A DNA stretch of 64,000 nt from Clostridia bacterium (GTDB lineage: Bacteria; Bacillota; Clostridia; RGIG6154). Positions 60,553-64,000 of this stretch are shown one piece after another. Each line of letters starts with the position of its first letter. The first letter of the stretch is position 1. The stretch is taken from NCBI GenBank assembly GCA_045589295.1, contig JAZNOU010000012.1, positions 160,001 to 224,000 on the forward strand. The letters are read 5' to 3'. A program made the position numbers and the translations under genes. The notes under the pieces were generated by a model. It saw nothing but the letters and a program-made list of their open reading frames with translations, did not search any database and was not told the DNA's origin.

Positions 60553-61095
60553 ATGTCCAGAATAGGAAGAATGCCAATCGAGGTACCACAGGGCGTCGAA
60601 GTAAAACTTGGTGCGGGTAATGAAATTACAGTTAAAGGTCCTAAAGCTACTCTTTCAAGAGTATTGCATCCTGAAATGCAGATCGCTGTTGAAAACGGAC
60701 TTGTTACTGTTACAAGACCTTCGGAGAATAAGACACACAAGTCACTCCACGGACTTACCCGTACATTGATAAATAATATGATTATCGGTGTAACTGAAGG
60801 TTACACAAAAACTCTTGAAATTAACGGCGTAGGTTACAGAGCTCAGAAACAGGGCAACAAGCTTGTTATGAACCTTGGTTATTCACACAACGTTGAAATG
60901 GAAGAACCAGAGGGCGTAAAAGTTGAAGTTCCTAACCCTAACCAGATTATCATTTCAGGTAGTGACAAACAGGCTGTTGGTCAGTTTGCTGCTGTGGTTA
61001 GAGAAAAGAGACCGCCTGAACCATACAAAGGCAAGGGTATCAAGTACTCTGATGAAGTTATCAGACGTAAAGAAGGTAAGACAGGTAAGAAATAA
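60553..61095 (+). CDS. rplF: 50S ribosomal protein L6
   Basis: [17 protein letters not shown]; ATG 60553. Confidence 0.98.
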   Translation: MSRIGRMPIEVPQGVEVKLGAGNEITVKGPKATLSRVLHPEMQIAVENGLVTVTRPSENKTHKSLHGLTRTLINNMIIGVTEGYTKTLEINGVGYRAQKQGNKLVMNLGYSHNVEMEEPEGVKVEVPNPNQIIISGSDKQAVGQFAAVVREKRPPEPYKGKGIKYSDEVIRRKEGKTGKK

Positions 61096-61129
61096 TGCTG
61101 CCTGACACTTTAGAAAGGAGTGGAGAGTT

Positions 61130-61489
61130 TTGATTAACAAAACTGCAAGTAACGTTGCAAGAGTTGCAAGACATGCTAGAGTTAGAAAACATATCTCAGG
61201 AACACCTGAAAGACCTCGTCTTTGTGTTTTCAGAAGCTCTAAGAATATATACGCTCAGATTATCGACGATGTTAATGGCAACACTTTGGTTTCAGCTTCT
61301 TCATTAGAAGCAGGCTTTGAAGGTGTTGGTTCTAACAAAGAAGCTGCTAAAGCAGTTGGTAATATGGTAGCAAAAAAAGCACTGGATAAGGGTATCAAGA
61401 ATGTTGTATTTGACAGAGGCGGATATGTTTATCACGGTAGAGTAAAAGAATTAGCAGAAGGTGCCAGAGAGGGCGGCCTGGAATTCTAA
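61130..61489 (+). CDS. rplR: 50S ribosomal protein L18
   Basis: [21 protein letters not shown]. Confidence 0.98.
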   Translation: MINKTASNVARVARHARVRKHISGTPERPRLCVFRSSKNIYAQIIDDVNGNTLVSASSLEAGFEGVGSNKEAAKAVGNMVAKKALDKGIKNVVFDRGGYVYHGRVKELAEGAREGGLEF

Positions 61490-61503
61490 TTAGGAGGTAA
61501 ACT

Positions 61504-62004
61504 ATGGCAGAGTTAAACACAAACGGTATGGAATTAAAAGAAACCGTTGTTAATATCAACCGTGTTGCCAAGGTTGTAAAAGGTGGTAGAACCTTTAGAT
61601 TTAGTGCTTTGGTAGTAGTAGGTGACGAAAATGGTCATGTAGGTTGCGGAATGGGCAAAGCTGCTGAAATTCCGGAAGCTGTTAGAAAGGCTATTGAAGA
61701 CGCTAAGAAAAACATGGTTTATGTTCCAAGAGTAGGAACAACAATTCCGCACGAAATCATCGGCGAATTCGGCGCAGGCAGAGTATTACTTAAACCTGCT
61801 GCACCTGGTACCGGTGTTATCGCGGGCGGTCCTACCAGAGCAGTACTTGAACTTGCTGGTATCAGAGATATCAGAACAAAGTCATTACGTTCAAACAATC
61901 CTAAGAACATGGTAGGCGCAACAATCGCAGGTCTTGCTAGTCTTAAAGAAGCTAAAGACGTAGCAGAACTTCGCGGAAAAACAGTAGAAGAATTATTAGG
62001 TTAA
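61504..62004 (+). CDS. rpsE: 30S ribosomal protein S5
   Basis: [19 protein letters not shown]. Confidence 0.98.
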   Translation: MAELNTNGMELKETVVNINRVAKVVKGGRTFRFSALVVVGDENGHVGCGMGKAAEIPEAVRKAIEDAKKNMVYVPRVGTTIPHEIIGEFGAGRVLLKPAAPGTGVIAGGPTRAVLELAGIRDIRTKSLRSNNPKNMVGATIAGLASLKEAKDVAELRGKTVEELLG

Positions 62005-62017
62005 GGAGGAGATTTTA

Positions 62018-62197
62018 ATGGCAAGCATCAAAGTTACTTTGGAAAAGAGTCTTATCGGAAGAAAGAAAGACCAGATTGCCACTGCACATGCTTTAGGTCT
62101 TAAGAAAATCAGACAGACAGTTGTGCATGAAGCAACTCCTCAGATTTTAGGCATGGTTAATAAAGTTTCACACCTTGTCAACGTAGAGGAAAATTAA
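62018..62197 (+). CDS. rpmD: 50S ribosomal protein L30 (59 aa, below the ORF-track cutoff)
   Basis: Translates to [59 protein letters not shown]; lies between rpsE and rplO. Confidence 0.96.
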   Translation: MASIKVTLEKSLIGRKKDQIATAHALGLKKIRQTVVHEATPQILGMVNKVSHLVNVEEN

Positions 62198-62218
62198 TTT
62201 TTAAGGAGGTGCACTAAT

Positions 62219-62659
62219 ATGAAGCTTAGTGAATTATCACCAGCTCCAGGTTCTGTTAGAGAACACTACAGAAAAGGAAGAGGTCATGCTTCAGGTAATG
62301 GTAAACAGGCTGGCCGTGGTCACAAAGGTCAGAACGCTCGTACAGGCGGCGGTGTAAGACCGGGTTTTGAAGGCGGACAGATGCCATTATACAGAAGATT
62401 GCCTAAGAGAGGCTTCACAAATATTTTTGCTAAAAAATATGTAGAAGTTAACCTTTCAGCACTTAACGTATTTGAAGAAGGTTCAGTTGTTACAGCTGAA
62501 TTGTTAAAGAATATGGGTATTATCAGTAAAGTATGCGATGGTATCGTTATTTTAGGTAACGGTGACATCGAAAAGAAACTTACAGTAAAGGCCGCTAAAT
62601 TCACCAAGTCAGCACAGGATAAAATAGTTGCTGCCGGCGGAAAGGCAGAGGTGGTATAA
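62219..62659 (+). CDS. rplO: 50S ribosomal protein L15
   Basis: [28 protein letters not shown]. Confidence 0.98.
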   Translation: MKLSELSPAPGSVREHYRKGRGHASGNGKQAGRGHKGQNARTGGGVRPGFEGGQMPLYRRLPKRGFTNIFAKKYVEVNLSALNVFEEGSVVTAELLKNMGIISKVCDGIVILGNGDIEKKLTVKAAKFTKSAQDKIVAAGGKAEVV

Positions 62660-62660
62660 G

Positions 62661-63938
62661 ATGTTTCAGACATTAGCAAATGCCTGGAAGGTACCGGAAC
62701 TTAGAAAAAAAATGATTTATACTATCTTACTTTTGGTAGTATTCAGGTTTGGTTCAATTATCCCTGTTCCGGGACTTGACAAATCAGTTTTGGCAGCACT
62801 TGTTGCTGAAGGTTCAAACTCATTGTTTGGTTTCTTTGACACCATCAGTGGTGGTGCATTCGGAAATGCAACAATTTTCGCAATGAGCATCACACCATAT
62901 ATCAACTCATCAATTATTATGCAGCTTTTGACAATAGCCATTCCGGCTCTTGAAAGATTGTCAAAAGAAGGCGAAGAAGGCAGAAAGAAAATTGCAACTT
63001 ACACAAGATATTTAACTGTTGTTTTGGCTTTCATTCAGGCATCAGGCCTTTATGCAGCACTTCAGGCGTCTGTTTCACAGACAGGTTTCTTGTCATTTGT
63101 TACAATTACACTTACTTTCACAGCAGGTACTGCATTCTTGATGTGGTTGGGTGAAAAAATGACCGAAAAAGGTGTTGGTAATGGTATTTCGCTCATCATC
63201 TTTGTAGGTATTATTTCAAGAGCAGATGACGGCGTTAAGGCACTCTTTAGTTATATGGCTGGTAAGATGTATAGCTTTTGGAGTATTGTTGCAGTAGTAG
63301 TTTTCTTATTACTTGCACTTGCAATCGTTGGTTTCGTTGTTCTTATCAATGCAGGTGAAAGAAGAATTCCTGTTCAGTACGCTAAAAGAGTTGTTGGCAG
63401 AAAGATGTATGGTGGCCAAAGCACACACATTCCGCTTAAGGTTTGTATGGCAGGCGTTATTCCGATTATCTTTGCAATGTCAATCCTGGCATTCCCTGCA
63501 ACAATTGTTCAGCTCTTCAGCGCGAACCCTACAGGATTCTGGAAAGGCTTTTTGGACTTGTTTAATTCAAACAGCTGGTTCTATGCAGTAATTTATTTCT
63601 TGCTTATAATTTTCTTCACTTATTTCTACACTTCAATACAGTTTAATCCTATTGAAATGGCGAATAACATGAAGGCAAATGGCGGATTTGTTCCAGGTAT
63701 CAGACCTGGCAGACCTACTTCAGAATATATTGCTAAAGTATTGTCTAGAGTAACATTAATCGGTGCTATTGCACTCGGTATTGTTGCTATCATTCCGATT
63801 GTATTAAGCAATGTTACAAGCATGAACATTGGCATTGGCGGAACTTCAATCCTGATTGTTGTAAGCGTTGCGCTTGAAACAGTAAATCAGCTTGAATCCC
63901 AGATGCTTATGCGTCACTATAAAGGGTTTTTAGAGTAA
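62661..63938 (+). CDS. secY: Preprotein translocase subunit SecY
   Basis: ITPYINSSII, GVGNGISLII, IPGIRPG-like VPGIRPG, GGTSILIVV; ATG 62661. Confidence 0.98.
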   Translation: MFQTLANAWKVPELRKKMIYTILLLVVFRFGSIIPVPGLDKSVLAALVAEGSNSLFGFFDTISGGAFGNATIFAMSITPYINSSIIMQLLTIAIPALERLSKEGEEGRKKIATYTRYLTVVLAFIQASGLYAALQASVSQTGFLSFVTITLTFTAGTAFLMWLGEKMTEKGVGNGISLIIFVGIISRADDGVKALFSYMAGKMYSFWSIVAVVVFLLLALAIVGFVVLINAGERRIPVQYAKRVVGRKMYGGQSTHIPLKVCMAGVIPIIFAMSILAFPATIVQLFSANPTGFWKGFLDLFNSNSWFYAVIYFLLIIFFTYFYTSIQFNPIEMANNMKANGGFVPGIRPGRPTSEYIAKVLSRVTLIGAIALGIVAIIPIVLSNVTSMNIGIGGTSILIVVSVALETVNQLESQMLMRHYKGFLE

Positions 63939-63967
63939 AAAATACAACTTATTTAAGGGGCTTTGTT

Positions 63968-64000
63968 ATGAAAATTATTTTACTTGGAGCGCCCGGCGCC
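63968..64000 (+). CDS. adk: Adenylate kinase, N-terminal fragment (runs off the window)
   Basis: MKIILLGAPGA directly after secY. Confidence 0.9.
   Translation, partial: MKIILLGAPGA

Noticed and set aside
1-64000. CRISPR arrays, IS elements, rRNA, introns
   Set aside because: No regularly spaced direct repeats, transposase/RT/Cas ORFs or rRNA signatures noticed by eye

Overview
Low-GC Bacillota chromosomal window, probably a spore-forming Clostridia-class anaerobe. In order it holds: (1) a reduced dcw cluster (spoVD-like PBP, murE, murF, mraY, ftsW/spoVE, murA, ftsQ); (2) FMN riboswitch-ribU, hemolysin III, vanZ/FHA and an M23 peptidase; (3) a ~15.7 kb co-oriented accessory locus (12968-28697); (4) secD-secF; (5) a ~600-nt OLE RNA with oapA-dxs-tlyA-nadK-argR-recN; (6) assorted CAZymes, ABC exporters, proteases and tRNA-Lys(CTT); (7) the S10-spc ribosomal protein operon through secY to the start of adk. 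The accessory locus is the best candidate for an uncharacterised system. It encodes a PqqD/RRE protein, a soluble S24/S26 peptidase, an ABC exporter, an unannotated 53-aa peptide with a lasso-type YxxPxL leader and C-terminal Ser, and an HPr-kinase-like P-loop protein. These sit with an orphan Wzz/CpsC and three SLH surface proteins, one of ~2400 aa with a long helical-repeat region. No lasso cyclase or radical SAM enzyme is present. The OLE RNA is a known class, but here it has its own promoter and lies behind secDF rather than ispA. All family calls are by visual motif recognition; no searches were run.
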